A stretch of DNA of 64,000 nucleotides. Origin: Dehalococcoidia bacterium (GTDB lineage Bacteria > Chloroflexota > Dehalococcoidia > Bin125). The position numbers were made by a program, and so were the translations under genes. Under the pieces are notes generated by a model. That model was not told the origin of the DNA. It searched no databases and was given only the letters and a program-made list of their open reading frames with translations. Of this stretch, positions 1 to 9,201 are shown in pieces. The stretch spans positions 3,072,001 through 3,136,000 of the forward strand of contig OY820591.1 in the NCBI GenBank assembly GCA_963555985.3. Direction: 5' to 3'. The first letter of the stretch is position 1, and every line of letters begins with the position of its first letter.

Positions 1-380
1 TGCTCGCCCTGCATCAGCGGACCCAGGATCTCCAGGTATTCCCGCATATGGCGGACGACGTTGCCGAAGTCCAACCCCCACGAGTCTTGGATCACGATCT
101 GATGCGACAGCCCCAAGCCAAGCGTGAAGCGTCCCCCGGCAGCCGCGTTGACCGCCAGCGCCTGCTGCGCCATCGCCACCGGATGCCGTGTGTAGGTTGG
201 GATCACATAGGTGCCCAACTCGATCTCGGTCGTCTCGCCCGCTGCAAGCGCCAGCACAGTCATCGCGTCATGCCCCATCGAAGGCAGAAACGCGCCTGCA
301 AATCCATCCGCTTCCAGCTGCTGCACCGACCCAAGCTTGTCGGCCAGAGTCTGGCCCGACGGCGGAGCAATGATCCGCAT
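1..380 (-). CDS. LLM-class (probably F420-dependent) oxidoreductase, 5' part; runs off window edge
   Basis: Not in ORF track. Manual translation MRIIAPPSG...DAMTVLALAAGETTEIELGTYVIPTYTRHPVAMAQQALAVNAAAGGRFTLGLGLSH...; GGAG RBS before ATG at 380. Confidence 0.85.
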   Translation of the reverse strand, partial: MRIIAPPSGQTLADKLGSVQQLEADGFAGAFLPSMGHDAMTVLALAAGETTEIELGTYVIPTYTRHPVAMAQQALAVNAAAGGRFTLGLGLSHQIVIQDSWGLDFGNVVRHMREYLEILGPLMQGE

Positions 381-491
381 GGTCAACTCCTTTACGAGCT
401 CTCAATTCGTCCGTTGCCAATCGCAGTATCGCGCACTCAACTCGTTACCCTGCCCGCGACGCGAATCACCCAACCCGAAAGGAACCCCCAA

Positions 492-1391
492 ATGGCATCG
501 GCTGAATTGCAGAAGGTCCTGGCGCTGATGGCGGAACGCCCCCTCGGCGCAGGCAACCCCACACTCGAGGAAATGCGAGCCGGAATGGAGGCGGGCGCCT
601 TCCCCGCCACCGAAGCCGCGACCGTCACCCCCGTTGACGCCAACGGCGTCCCCGGCGAATGGGTCACCGTGCCCGAATCCGACCCCAACCGGCGCTTGCT
701 CTACGTCCACGGCGGCGGCTACGTGATCGGTTCGGCCCTCACCCATCGCCGGCTCTGCGAGGACATCGCCCGCGCCGGCGGCTGCGCCGTGCTCAACCTC
801 GACTACCGGCTCGCACCCGAGCACCCCTTCCCCGCCGCCGTCGAGGACGCGATTGAGGGTCTGAAGTTCATCCAAGCCAATGGTCCGGACGGTGCAGGCG
901 CGGCCGACGCCACCTTCGTCGCCGGTGACTCGGCCGGCGGCGGACTGACGATCGCCACACTGCTCACGGCGCGAGCTCAGGGCGTCGACCAGCCCAACGC
1001 CGCGGTCGGCATCTCCGCCTGGACCGACCTCGCCATCACCGGCGAGACCATCCAGACCCGCGCCAGTGTGGATCCGCTGATCAGCGACCCGTCAATGGTC
1101 AGCGGCATGGCCCAGACCTACCTGGGCGACGCCGACGCCGATGACCCGCTCGCCTCGCCGCTCTACGCCGACTACGCTGGTCTGCCCCCGCTGCTGCTTC
1201 AGGTCGGCGACCACGAAGTCTTGCTCTCCGACACCACCCGCGTGACCGAGAAGGCTCGCGCCGCCGGCGTCGACGTCACCGAAGAAGTCTGGGACGAGAT
1301 GTTCCACGTCTGGCACCAATTCGCCCCCATGCTCCCCGAAGGCCAGCAGGCCATCGAGCGCATCGGCGAGTTCATCAACCAACACGCCTGA
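492..1391 (+). CDS. alpha/beta hydrolase (HSL family esterase), copy 1
   Basis: HGGG oxyanion motif, GDSAG nucleophile, MFHVW His region; start moved to ATG 492 (AGGA RBS, aligns with paralogs). Confidence 0.93.
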   Translation: MASAELQKVLALMAERPLGAGNPTLEEMRAGMEAGAFPATEAATVTPVDANGVPGEWVTVPESDPNRRLLYVHGGGYVIGSALTHRRLCEDIARAGGCAVLNLDYRLAPEHPFPAAVEDAIEGLKFIQANGPDGAGAADATFVAGDSAGGGLTIATLLTARAQGVDQPNAAVGISAWTDLAITGETIQTRASVDPLISDPSMVSGMAQTYLGDADADDPLASPLYADYAGLPPLLLQVGDHEVLLSDTTRVTEKARAAGVDVTEEVWDEMFHVWHQFAPMLPEGQQAIERIGEFINQHA

Positions 1392-1430
1392 CGTCCCAAT
1401 CTGACGACGCGGCGCGAATGGAGTCGGAAG

Positions 1431-2330
1431 ATGGCATCGGCGGAGCTTGAGCAGGTACTGGAGCTGATCGCGAACCGGCCGGCCATCGAGGGCAATCCCA
1501 CGCTCGAGCAGATGCGGGCGAATATGGAAGCGCATGCCTTCCCCGCGACTGACGCTGCCACCGTGACGCCGGTTGAGGCGAACGGCGTGCCGGGCGAGTG
1601 GGTGACAGTGGCCGAATCAGACCCGAACCGGCGCGTGCTCTACTTCCACGGCGGCGGGTATGTGTTCGGCTCACCGATCACGCATCGGCGGCTCTGTGAA
1701 GACATCGCTCGGGCAGGCGGGTGCGCAGTCCTCAATCTCAACTACCGGCTCGCCCCCGAGCATCCCTTTCCGGCCGCCGTCGACGACGCCATTGAGGGAC
1801 TCAAGTTCATCAGGGCGAACGGGCCGGAAGGCGAGGGCGCGCCCGAATCGACGTTCGTCGCCGGGGACTCGGCCGGCGGCGGACTAACGCTCGCCACTCT
1901 GCTGGCAGCGCGCGACCAGGGTGTCGATCAGCCCAATGCTGCCATCGCGATCTCCGCCTGGACCGACCTGGCGATCACGGGCGAATCGGTTATCTCGCTC
2001 GCCGACGGCGATCCGCAAAAGAGCAGCGTGCCGATGCTTGAGAACCTAGCCGTTCAATATCTCGGTGGCGCCGACGCCGACAACCCGCTCGCCTCCCCGC
2101 TCTACGCGGACTACGCCGCTCTGCCGCCGCTGCTGCTCCAGGTCGGCGGCGCCGAGATGTTGCTCTCCGACACGACCAGAGCCGCAGAACGCGCCCGGCT
2201 GGCCGGCGTCGACGTAGTGGAAGAAGTCTGGGACGAGATGTTCCACGTCTGGCACCTCTACGCACCGATCTTGCCCGAAGGTCGGGAGGCCATCAACCGC
2301 ATCGGCGAGTTCATCAACCAGCACGCCTAG
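1431..2330 (+). CDS. alpha/beta hydrolase (HSL family esterase), copy 2
   Basis: HGGG, GDSAG, MFHVW motifs; closely similar to copy 1. Confidence 0.93.
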   Translation: MASAELEQVLELIANRPAIEGNPTLEQMRANMEAHAFPATDAATVTPVEANGVPGEWVTVAESDPNRRVLYFHGGGYVFGSPITHRRLCEDIARAGGCAVLNLNYRLAPEHPFPAAVDDAIEGLKFIRANGPEGEGAPESTFVAGDSAGGGLTLATLLAARDQGVDQPNAAIAISAWTDLAITGESVISLADGDPQKSSVPMLENLAVQYLGGADADNPLASPLYADYAALPPLLLQVGGAEMLLSDTTRAAERARLAGVDVVEEVWDEMFHVWHLYAPILPEGREAINRIGEFINQHA

Positions 2331-2363
2331 ACAAACCACCACCCAGCGAAACGGAGCCAAACC

Positions 2364-3284
2364 ATGCCCTCAGTCGAGTACCAACAAGTCGTCGAAGCAA
2401 TGCGAGCCAACGCCGACAGCATGATCAGCGAGGGGCTGACGCTCGAAGAGCAACGTGTGGCGATGGAAGAGGGATTTGTCTTCCCGCTCCCGGACGATCT
2501 CACCCTCACATCCGTGGACGCCAACGGCGTCCCCGGCGAGTGGACCGTACTGCCCGATTCCGATCCCAACCGTCGCCTGCTCTACGTCCACGGCGGCGGC
2601 TACGTGCTCGGCTCGATCAAGACCCACCGCCGCCTCGTCTCCGACATCTGCCGCGCCGCCGGCTGCGTCGCGCTCAGCCTCGACTACCGGCTCGCGCCGG
2701 AGCATCCTTTCCCCGCCGCTGTGGACGACGCGATCGCAGGCCTGGAATACATCTGGGCGAACGGTCCTGATGGCCCCAGCGAGGCCGAGACCGTCTTCGT
2801 CGGCGGCGACTCCGCCGGTGGCGGCCTCACGCTCGCCACCTTGGTCGCCGCCCGCGAGCGCGGCGTGCGAATGCCCACCGGCGGAATTGGGCTGTCCGCC
2901 TGGGCCGATCTGGCTGCCGGCCCGGAGGAACTGTCGGCGTTCGGACTCGATGATCCGACCATCCCCGACAACACCGTCGCGATCACCGCCTCGCAGGAGT
3001 GGGCGGCCATGTACGCCGGCGACGCCGATCGCACCGATCCACTAATCTCGCCGATCTTCGCCGACTACACCGGCATCCCGCCGATGCTGCTCCAGGCCGG
3101 AGCCGTCGAGATGATCTGTCGCGACACCGAGCGAGTCGCCGCCCGCGCCCGCGAAGCCGGCGTGGAGGTGACCGAAGAGGCCTGGGACGACATGTTCCAC
3201 GTCTGGCAAGCCTTCGCCCCCATGCTCCCTGAAGGCCAGCAGGCCATTGACCGGATCGGCGAATGGATCCGGGCGCACGCATAG
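2364..3284 (+). CDS. alpha/beta hydrolase (HSL family esterase), copy 3
   Basis: HGGG, GDSAG, MFHVW motifs. Confidence 0.93.
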   Translation: MPSVEYQQVVEAMRANADSMISEGLTLEEQRVAMEEGFVFPLPDDLTLTSVDANGVPGEWTVLPDSDPNRRLLYVHGGGYVLGSIKTHRRLVSDICRAAGCVALSLDYRLAPEHPFPAAVDDAIAGLEYIWANGPDGPSEAETVFVGGDSAGGGLTLATLVAARERGVRMPTGGIGLSAWADLAAGPEELSAFGLDDPTIPDNTVAITASQEWAAMYAGDADRTDPLISPIFADYTGIPPMLLQAGAVEMICRDTERVAARAREAGVEVTEEAWDDMFHVWQAFAPMLPEGQQAIDRIGEWIRAHA

Positions 3285-3309
3285 AGAGATTTGCCGTAAA
3301 TCAAAGTTC

Positions 3310-3425
3310 CGTCATACCCGCGCTTGTCGCGGAGCCTGTCCCCGCGAAGGCGGGGATCACTCGCCGTTATCTGCACCGTCGTCGCCAGCACTGCGAGATT
3401 GCCGCGGCGGAGCTCGGCAATGACG
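3310..3425. repeat. CGTC-type REP-like palindromic doublet carrying a 23-bp AGCCTG-hairpin insert
   Basis: CGTCATACCCGCG...GGCAATGACG; aligns with 20239-20331 except for inserted AGCCTGTCCCCGCGAAGGCGGGG. Confidence 0.85.
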
Positions 3426-3463
3426 AAAAAACGACCTACGCGAAGCTCTCCAGGAGCAACACG

Positions 3464-4366
3464 ATGCCATCACCCGAACTCGAACAAGTCCTCACCCTCA
3501 TCGCCGAACGCGCCGCCTCAGTCCAGATCACCGAACTGACCGACATGCGTGCGCTCGCGGAGTCCTACGCTTTCCCGCCCACCGACGCCGCGACGATCAC
3601 CCCGGTCAACGCCGGAGGCGTACCCGGCGAATGGGTCACCATCGCCGAATCGGATCCGAAACGCCGGCTGCTCTACGTCCACGGCGGCGGTTACATCCTG
3701 GGCTCGCCCCTGATCTACCGACGCCTCTGCGAAGGCATCGCCAAGTCCGGCCGCTGCGCCGTGCTCAACCTCGACTACCGGCTCGCGCCTGAGCATCCCT
3801 TCCCGGCCGCAGTCGAGGACGCATTGAAGGGGTTGACCTTCATCCAAGTCAACGGACCCGGCGGTACGACCGCCGCTGATGCGGTCTTCGTCGCGGGAGA
3901 CTCCGCCGGCGGCGGACTCACGCTCGCCACTCTGCTCGCCGCCCGCGAGCGCGGACTCCCTACTCCCACCGGCGCAATCGCGATCTCCGCCTGGACCGAC
4001 CTCGCCCAAACCGGCGACTCCATCCACACCCGCGCCGACTCCGATCCGCTCCTGACCGACGCCGCCGTGCTCGACGGAGCCGCTATGGCCTATCTCGGCG
4101 AACAGTCGCCCGACCATCCCTGGGCCTCACCTCTACACGGAGACTTGGCCGGCTTACCGCCCCTGCTCCTACAAGTCGGCGACCGCGAGATCCTGCTCGA
4201 CGACACCCGCCGCTTCGCCGCCAAAGCCCGCGAAGCCGGAGTCGAAGTCACCGAAGAAGTCTGGCCCGACATGTTCCACGTCTGGCACGACTTCGCCCCC
4301 ATCCTCCCCGAAGCCCAAGAGGCGGTAGAACGGATCGGAGAGTGGATCACAGATCGCGCGAGATAA
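3464..4366 (+). CDS. alpha/beta hydrolase (HSL family esterase), copy 4
   Basis: HGGG, GDSAG, MFHVW; start at ATG 3464 after AGGAG. Confidence 0.93.
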   Translation: MPSPELEQVLTLIAERAASVQITELTDMRALAESYAFPPTDAATITPVNAGGVPGEWVTIAESDPKRRLLYVHGGGYILGSPLIYRRLCEGIAKSGRCAVLNLDYRLAPEHPFPAAVEDALKGLTFIQVNGPGGTTAADAVFVAGDSAGGGLTLATLLAARERGLPTPTGAIAISAWTDLAQTGDSIHTRADSDPLLTDAAVLDGAAMAYLGEQSPDHPWASPLHGDLAGLPPLLLQVGDREILLDDTRRFAAKAREAGVEVTEEVWPDMFHVWHDFAPILPEAQEAVERIGEWITDRAR

Positions 4367-4471
4367 CAAATCTGTCGACTTGACCTCTTGTAGTATGCTT
4401 GTTCGCAGACTAGGCTCCATTGCAGAGGTTCGATCAGCCGGGGGCTTCGTCGCCGCATGTCCAGGAGAGAC

Positions 4472-5353
4472 ATGATGTCAACCGAACAGCAGCCGTACGC
4501 CGATGGCGCGTTGTCGGAACGGGCGCACACTGCGAGTCTGGCCGAGACTGAACAGTCGGCATTGAATTGGCAGCGCACACTCAACGACAGCGGCGCAGCG
4601 CGGAAGCCCTTGGGCAAAATTCACCACGGCGACTGCATTGAGGTAATGCGCGACTTGCCGGCGGAGTCGATTCGCGTGGTCGTGACCTCACCGCCCTACA
4701 ACATCAAGAACAGCACCGGCAACGGCCTCAAGAACGGCAACGGCGGCAAGTGGCCAACAGCCGCACTCCAGCAGGGCTACCGCGACCACGACGACGCCAT
4801 GCCGCACGACGAGTACGTCGCCTGGCAACGCGAATGCCTCAGCGAGATGATGCGCCTGCTGCGTCCCGACGGCGCGATCTTCTACAACCACAAATGGCGC
4901 GTCCAAAACGGCCTACTCCAGGATCGCGCCGACATCGTCGACGGTTTCCCTGTCCGCCAGATCTTGATCTGGCAGCGCGCCGGCGGCATCAACTTCAACC
5001 CCGGCTACTTCCTCCCCAACTACGAGGTCATCTACCTCATCGCCAAGCCCGACTTCCGCCTCGCCCCCAAAGCCAACGCCGCCGGCTGCGTCTGGCGCAT
5101 CACCCAGGAGAGCGGCAACCCGCACCCCGCCCCCTTCCCGATCGAACTGGCCTCCCGCTGCATCGAGTCGGTGGGCGCAGGGCCGGTACTAGACCCGTTC
5201 ATAGGCTCGGGCACGACCGCGATCGCAGCTGAGAGAGCCGGTCTGGAGTGGGTCGGGGTTGAGCAGTCGTCCGAGTACGTGGCAATGGCCGAAGAACGCC
5301 TCGCACGTTGGCGGAACGGGCTGTGCTCAGAGCCCTCTCCGATGATGAATTGA
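4472..5353 (+). CDS. site-specific DNA methyltransferase (N4/N6 family, beta motif order)
   Basis: IHHGDC, TSPPY catalytic motif, HPAPFP, LDPFIGSGTT SAM-binding motif; AGGAG RBS. Confidence 0.9.
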   Translation: MMSTEQQPYADGALSERAHTASLAETEQSALNWQRTLNDSGAARKPLGKIHHGDCIEVMRDLPAESIRVVVTSPPYNIKNSTGNGLKNGNGGKWPTAALQQGYRDHDDAMPHDEYVAWQRECLSEMMRLLRPDGAIFYNHKWRVQNGLLQDRADIVDGFPVRQILIWQRAGGINFNPGYFLPNYEVIYLIAKPDFRLAPKANAAGCVWRITQESGNPHPAPFPIELASRCIESVGAGPVLDPFIGSGTTAIAAERAGLEWVGVEQSSEYVAMAEERLARWRNGLCSEPSPMMN

Positions 5354-5383
5354 ATGCTCGCCTGCTAGAACGCTTGCTGCTCG

Positions 5384-5590
5384 TCCACGCCTGGTACGAT
5401 TTCGCGCCCATCCTGCCAGAAGAGACCTGCGCGTAATCTCAAATTCCGTCATTCCCGCGCAGGCGGGAATCCATCCGGCTATCTGCTCAGCAAGCACGAA
5501 AACTGATCGACTCCCGGCGATCAATGATGTACGCGCAGGTCTCCGGAAGCAGTGGAATGGATCGGTGAGTGGATTGGAGAACACTGCCGA
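5384..5590 (+). pseudogene. fragments of the 3' end of a fifth esterase gene, split by a repeat-containing insertion
   Basis: 5384-5422 encodes HAWYDFAPILPE and 5546-5575 encodes EAVEWIGEWI, matching HVWHDFAPILPE...EAVERIGEWI of copy 4. Confidence 0.7.
5447..5472. repeat. CGTC-type REP hairpin
   Basis: CGTCATTCCCGCGCAGGCGGGAATCC (ATTCCCGC/GCGGGAAT stem). Confidence 0.85.
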
Positions 5591-5630
5591 ATTGGAGCGC
5601 TTGACAAGCTTGGGCAAACCTTGCAAGATC

Positions 5631-5692
5631 GCAGGTGCGGGCCTTGCGCCTGCCAAACGCCCCCGTCGTCCGGTGCATCCGCTGCGCCCTAC
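5631..5692. repeat. degenerate GTAG-type REP-like inverted pair
   Basis: GCAGGTGCGGGCCTTGCGCCTGCC ... GGTGCATCCGCTGCGCCCTAC (reverse complement begins GTAGGGCG). Confidence 0.4.
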
Positions 5693-5866
5693 GGCGGGGC
5701 CTTCATTTCTTATCAAAGATTCTCAGTCCCTAAGCAACAGGAAATCTTTGCAACATCGTCGTTTCCGTCATTCCAGGCTTAACCGCCTTGTATACCGTCG
5801 AGTCCGCGATCTGACGCGCTACATCTCCATCTGATCACATCCCCTTACGGCTAGCGGAGAAGATGC

Positions 5867-6463
5867 TCACGACGTCCCCCGCCGCGCGTCGAGCCGCCAG
5901 GCAATCTCTTGCTCCTGCTCACGGTACGCCCGCTCGCGCCGCAGTTCGGGCGATTCGAACATGTCAGGTTGATCGAGCTTCCGCTCGCGCATCAGCCGCT
6001 GCACAAGCTGCTCCTGAGATTCCAACGCGCCATCGGCGCGAATGTGGACAACATCAACGCCGGCGGCATCCAACGTTCGCCCCAGCAGAATGCCCCGGTG
6101 GCAGGAGAGCGGATCAGCTTCGGCGCACATCAGCGCAGTCGGCGTGCGCTCGGCGTCTGCGACGGCGCGGTGCAACGCTTCGGAGAACGCGGGCTGAGCA
6201 GCGACGCGGGCATACACCACCCGACCCTCCGCATAGCAGGCCGGATCGGTCGGCCTGGCCCCAAGCGCCACTCCTGCGAATTGATAGGCAAGACCATGCC
6301 GTCGCAGCAGCGCCTCCAGCGCCTCTCGATTGAACCAGGTCGTATAGGCGCTGTAGGGCTGCGCCCGCACGTCGATTATCAGCCCGATGCAGTGCTGCAA
6401 GAGCAGTGCGACAAATGCGTCAGGCTGGTGGTTCGAGTGTCCGACGGTATAGACGCGCGGCAT
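5867..6463 (-). CDS. DUF488 domain-containing protein
   Basis: YTVGHSN, IDVRAQPYS, ALMCAEADPLSCHR motifs. Confidence 0.85.
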   Translation of the reverse strand: MPRVYTVGHSNHQPDAFVALLLQHCIGLIIDVRAQPYSAYTTWFNREALEALLRRHGLAYQFAGVALGARPTDPACYAEGRVVYARVAAQPAFSEALHRAVADAERTPTALMCAEADPLSCHRGILLGRTLDAAGVDVVHIRADGALESQEQLVQRLMRERKLDQPDMFESPELRRERAYREQEQEIAWRLDARRGTS

Positions 6464-6478
6464 CGGCGTTCATTCGCG

Positions 6479-7840
6479 CTACGGATAGAACAGCTTCTGC
6501 GCCGCCTTGCGCAACTCGCCCCGAAAGTCCGGATGCGCCACCGCGATCAGCTCCTCCGCTCGCTGACGCACCGTCTTCCCCAGCAACCGCGCGATCCCGT
6601 ACTCCGTCACCACCGTATCGGCGATGTCACGCGGCACCGTGACGATCTGGCCGGGGTCGAACTGGGCCATGATCGTCGAGATCGTGCCGTCGCGGTTGGT
6701 CGAGGGCAGCACGGTGACCGAGCGGCCCTTCGGCGCGAGGTAAGCGCCCAAGGCGAAGGCCAGGTGACCTCCGACGCCTGCGTAGACCCGCGGGCCGATC
6801 GTGTGCACCCCGAGCTGACCGCTCAGATCGGCCGTCAGCGCCCCATTAATCGCGACGATGTTCTCGTTGCGCGCAATCTGCCGAGGATCGAGCAGATATT
6901 CAATCGAGTACGTCTCAAACGCGGGGTTGCGATGCACCGTGGCGATCTCGTCGGGCGTGTTGCCGATCACCGTCGCGACGAACTTGTCCGGATGCGTCTT
7001 GGAGTACTTGCCCGTGATGATGCCCCGCTCGACCAGCGGGACCAGTCCCTCGGTCGTGAGCTCGGCGAAGTAGGAGAGATTCTCCCGCTCGTCGAACGCG
7101 CCCAACCGCGCCAGCGCGCCCGAGTGCGAGCCGACGCCGACCTGGATCGTGTCGCCGTCCTGGACGAGCTGCGACACGTAGTGAGTGAGGCCGAGGTCGA
7201 CCTGATTCGGCTCGGGGAACTCAAGGTTGACCATGACCGGCGTGTCGGCCGGCACGAAGCAATCGATCTCGGAGACGTGCAGCCAGGAGTCGCCGAAGGT
7301 CTCGACCACGTGGTCGTTGACCTCCGCGATCACCGTCTTGGCTCGCTTGGCCGAGGTCACACCGTCCCAGACCGAGCTGCCCAGCGAAACGAAGCCAGCT
7401 TCGTTCGGCGGAGTCGTGCGAATCTGCAGCACGTCAATCGGCCAGGCTTCGTCCTCGCGGCCTGCGTCCCAGGCCTTGTGAATGCCGACCAACCAGTACG
7501 GGTGGTAGTCGGCGATGCCGGCATTGACGGCATCGCGGTCGAACAGCGTACCGAACTGCGGCGCGACGCTGAACGCCGACATCATCTCTTCAGTGAACCA
7601 GCCGGCATCGGGCACGACGATGCCGCGCACCTCAACGCCCTCAAGTTCGTCGCTGCGAGCGACCAGCGCTTGCAGGATCGGCAGCGAAGCGTGTCCCGGC
7701 GGAATCCAGAGGTGATCGCCCGAGTTGAACATTCCGGCGGCCATCTCAGGCGTGGCTAGCCGTTCGGCGTACACGTCGCGCCAGTTGATCGCGGGATCGA
7801 AGCGAGTAGTGCCGGGTCGGAGATACGAAGACATGCTCAT
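6479..7840 (-). CDS. acetyl-CoA hydrolase / 4-hydroxybutyrate CoA-transferase family protein
   Basis: DGDTIQVGVG, ADLSGQ, YAGVGG, ADTVVTEYGIARL, IAVAHPDFR; GGAG RBS before ATG 7840. Confidence 0.88.
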   Translation of the reverse strand: MSMSSYLRPGTTRFDPAINWRDVYAERLATPEMAAGMFNSGDHLWIPPGHASLPILQALVARSDELEGVEVRGIVVPDAGWFTEEMMSAFSVAPQFGTLFDRDAVNAGIADYHPYWLVGIHKAWDAGREDEAWPIDVLQIRTTPPNEAGFVSLGSSVWDGVTSAKRAKTVIAEVNDHVVETFGDSWLHVSEIDCFVPADTPVMVNLEFPEPNQVDLGLTHYVSQLVQDGDTIQVGVGSHSGALARLGAFDERENLSYFAELTTEGLVPLVERGIITGKYSKTHPDKFVATVIGNTPDEIATVHRNPAFETYSIEYLLDPRQIARNENIVAINGALTADLSGQLGVHTIGPRVYAGVGGHLAFALGAYLAPKGRSVTVLPSTNRDGTISTIMAQFDPGQIVTVPRDIADTVVTEYGIARLLGKTVRQRAEELIAVAHPDFRGELRKAAQKLFYP

Positions 7841-7946
7841 CGGCGTGCTCCAGGTTTGCTGCTTAAGCCCGTTCATCGGCTCAGCGGGAGGTTAGACTCG
7901 GACACAAAGGTACCGAACAACTGCGATCAGGCAGAGGAGGCTCAGC

Positions 7947-9137
7947 ATGGCGACCGACGGACGGATGGATTTCGGCATTTTCATGGCTCCCTTTCACCGC
8001 GTCGGCGAGAATCCCTCGCTGGCGATGCACCGTGATCTGGAGTTGCTGGAGTGGCTCGACCAACTCGGCTACGACGAGGCCTGGATCGGCGAGCATCACT
8101 CCGCCGGTTGGGAGCTGATCGCTTCGCCCGAGGTCTTCATCGCCGCCGCCGCCGAGCGCACCCGCAACATCCGCCTCGGTACGGGCGTGGTCAGCCTGCC
8201 CTACCACCACCCGCTCATGGTTGTGGATCGCATGATCCAGCTCGACCACATGACCCGCGGCCGCGCGATGATGGGCGTCGGCCCCGGCGCGCTCTCCTCC
8301 GACGCGCGGATGATGGGCATCGATCCGCTCTACCAGCGTCAGCGCATGGACGAGTCGCTGGAAGCGATCCTCGCGCTGCTCAAGCAGGACGGGCCGGTCA
8401 ACATCGAGCGCGACTGGTTCGAACTCGTTGACGCGCGGCTGCAAGTGTCGCCTTACACGAAGCCGCATTTCGAGATGGCGGTCGCCAGTACCGTTTCCCC
8501 CTCCGGACGCCAGATCGCGGGCAAGTACGGGATCGGGATGCTCAGCATCGGGGTCTATCTGCCCGAGGGGCGCAGCAACCTCGAGGGCCAGTGGCTTGAG
8601 GTTGAGGAGGCCGCCGAGCGTCACGGGCAAGAGGTCGACCGCAACAAGTGGCGCATGGTCTTGCCGATGTACATCGCCGAGACGCGCGAGCAGGCCTTCA
8701 ACGAATGCCGCGAGGGCTGGCGCGCCTGGCAGCTCGACTACTTCCGCGACACCTTGCAGGCATTCGTCCCCGGTATGGCGGAAACGCCGGAGGGCGCCGT
8801 CGAGTCGGGCGGCGCGATCATCGGCACGCCTGACGACGCGATCAACGCCATCGAGATCCTGCAAGAGAACTCGGGCGGTTTCGGCGGTCTGATGATGCTC
8901 GCCCACGAGTGGGCCAACCGCGAGGGCATCCGCCGCTCCTACGAGCTCTTCGCCCGCTACGTCGCCCCCCGCTTCCAGGGCCAGCTCGGCTCGATCGAGG
9001 GCACACAGCAGTGGGTCGCCGCCGGCGGCGGCGCAGTCTCCTTCAGCCGCAACGACGTCCTGGCGAAGGCGTTCCAGGATGCCGGCCAAGAGGTGCCGGA
9101 GTTCTTGCAAGCTCCAGCGGAGGCGGCGTCGGACTAA
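7947..9137 (+). CDS. LLM-class flavin-dependent monooxygenase (limonene monooxygenase-like)
   Basis: FGIFMAPFH, WIGEHHSAGWE, GTGVVSLPYHHP, GVGPGALSSD. Confidence 0.9.
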   Translation: MATDGRMDFGIFMAPFHRVGENPSLAMHRDLELLEWLDQLGYDEAWIGEHHSAGWELIASPEVFIAAAAERTRNIRLGTGVVSLPYHHPLMVVDRMIQLDHMTRGRAMMGVGPGALSSDARMMGIDPLYQRQRMDESLEAILALLKQDGPVNIERDWFELVDARLQVSPYTKPHFEMAVASTVSPSGRQIAGKYGIGMLSIGVYLPEGRSNLEGQWLEVEEAAERHGQEVDRNKWRMVLPMYIAETREQAFNECREGWRAWQLDYFRDTLQAFVPGMAETPEGAVESGGAIIGTPDDAINAIEILQENSGGFGGLMMLAHEWANREGIRRSYELFARYVAPRFQGQLGSIEGTQQWVAAGGGAVSFSRNDVLAKAFQDAGQEVPEFLQAPAEAASD

Positions 9138-9201
9138 GGCTTGTTCCGATCGACGCGCCGGCGTCGGCTTCTGCCTGCACCGGGGATGCTGCGGGGCTGT
9201 G

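Noticed and set aside
48-491. 148-aa N-terminal extension of esterase 1 in the ORF track
   Set aside because: It overlaps the real minus-strand LLM gene (1-380); paralogs start at MASAEL.
4415-4455. GGTTCGATC resembling a tRNA T-loop
   Set aside because: No cloverleaf or acceptor stem can be formed.
5909-7759. 616-aa plus-strand ORF, and similar long shadow ORFs (7881-9530, 22539-23645, 32051-33151, 48719-50467, 61202-62494)
   Set aside because: They lie antisense or out of frame to well-supported genes, are Arg/Pro-rich without motifs, and are expected at high GC.
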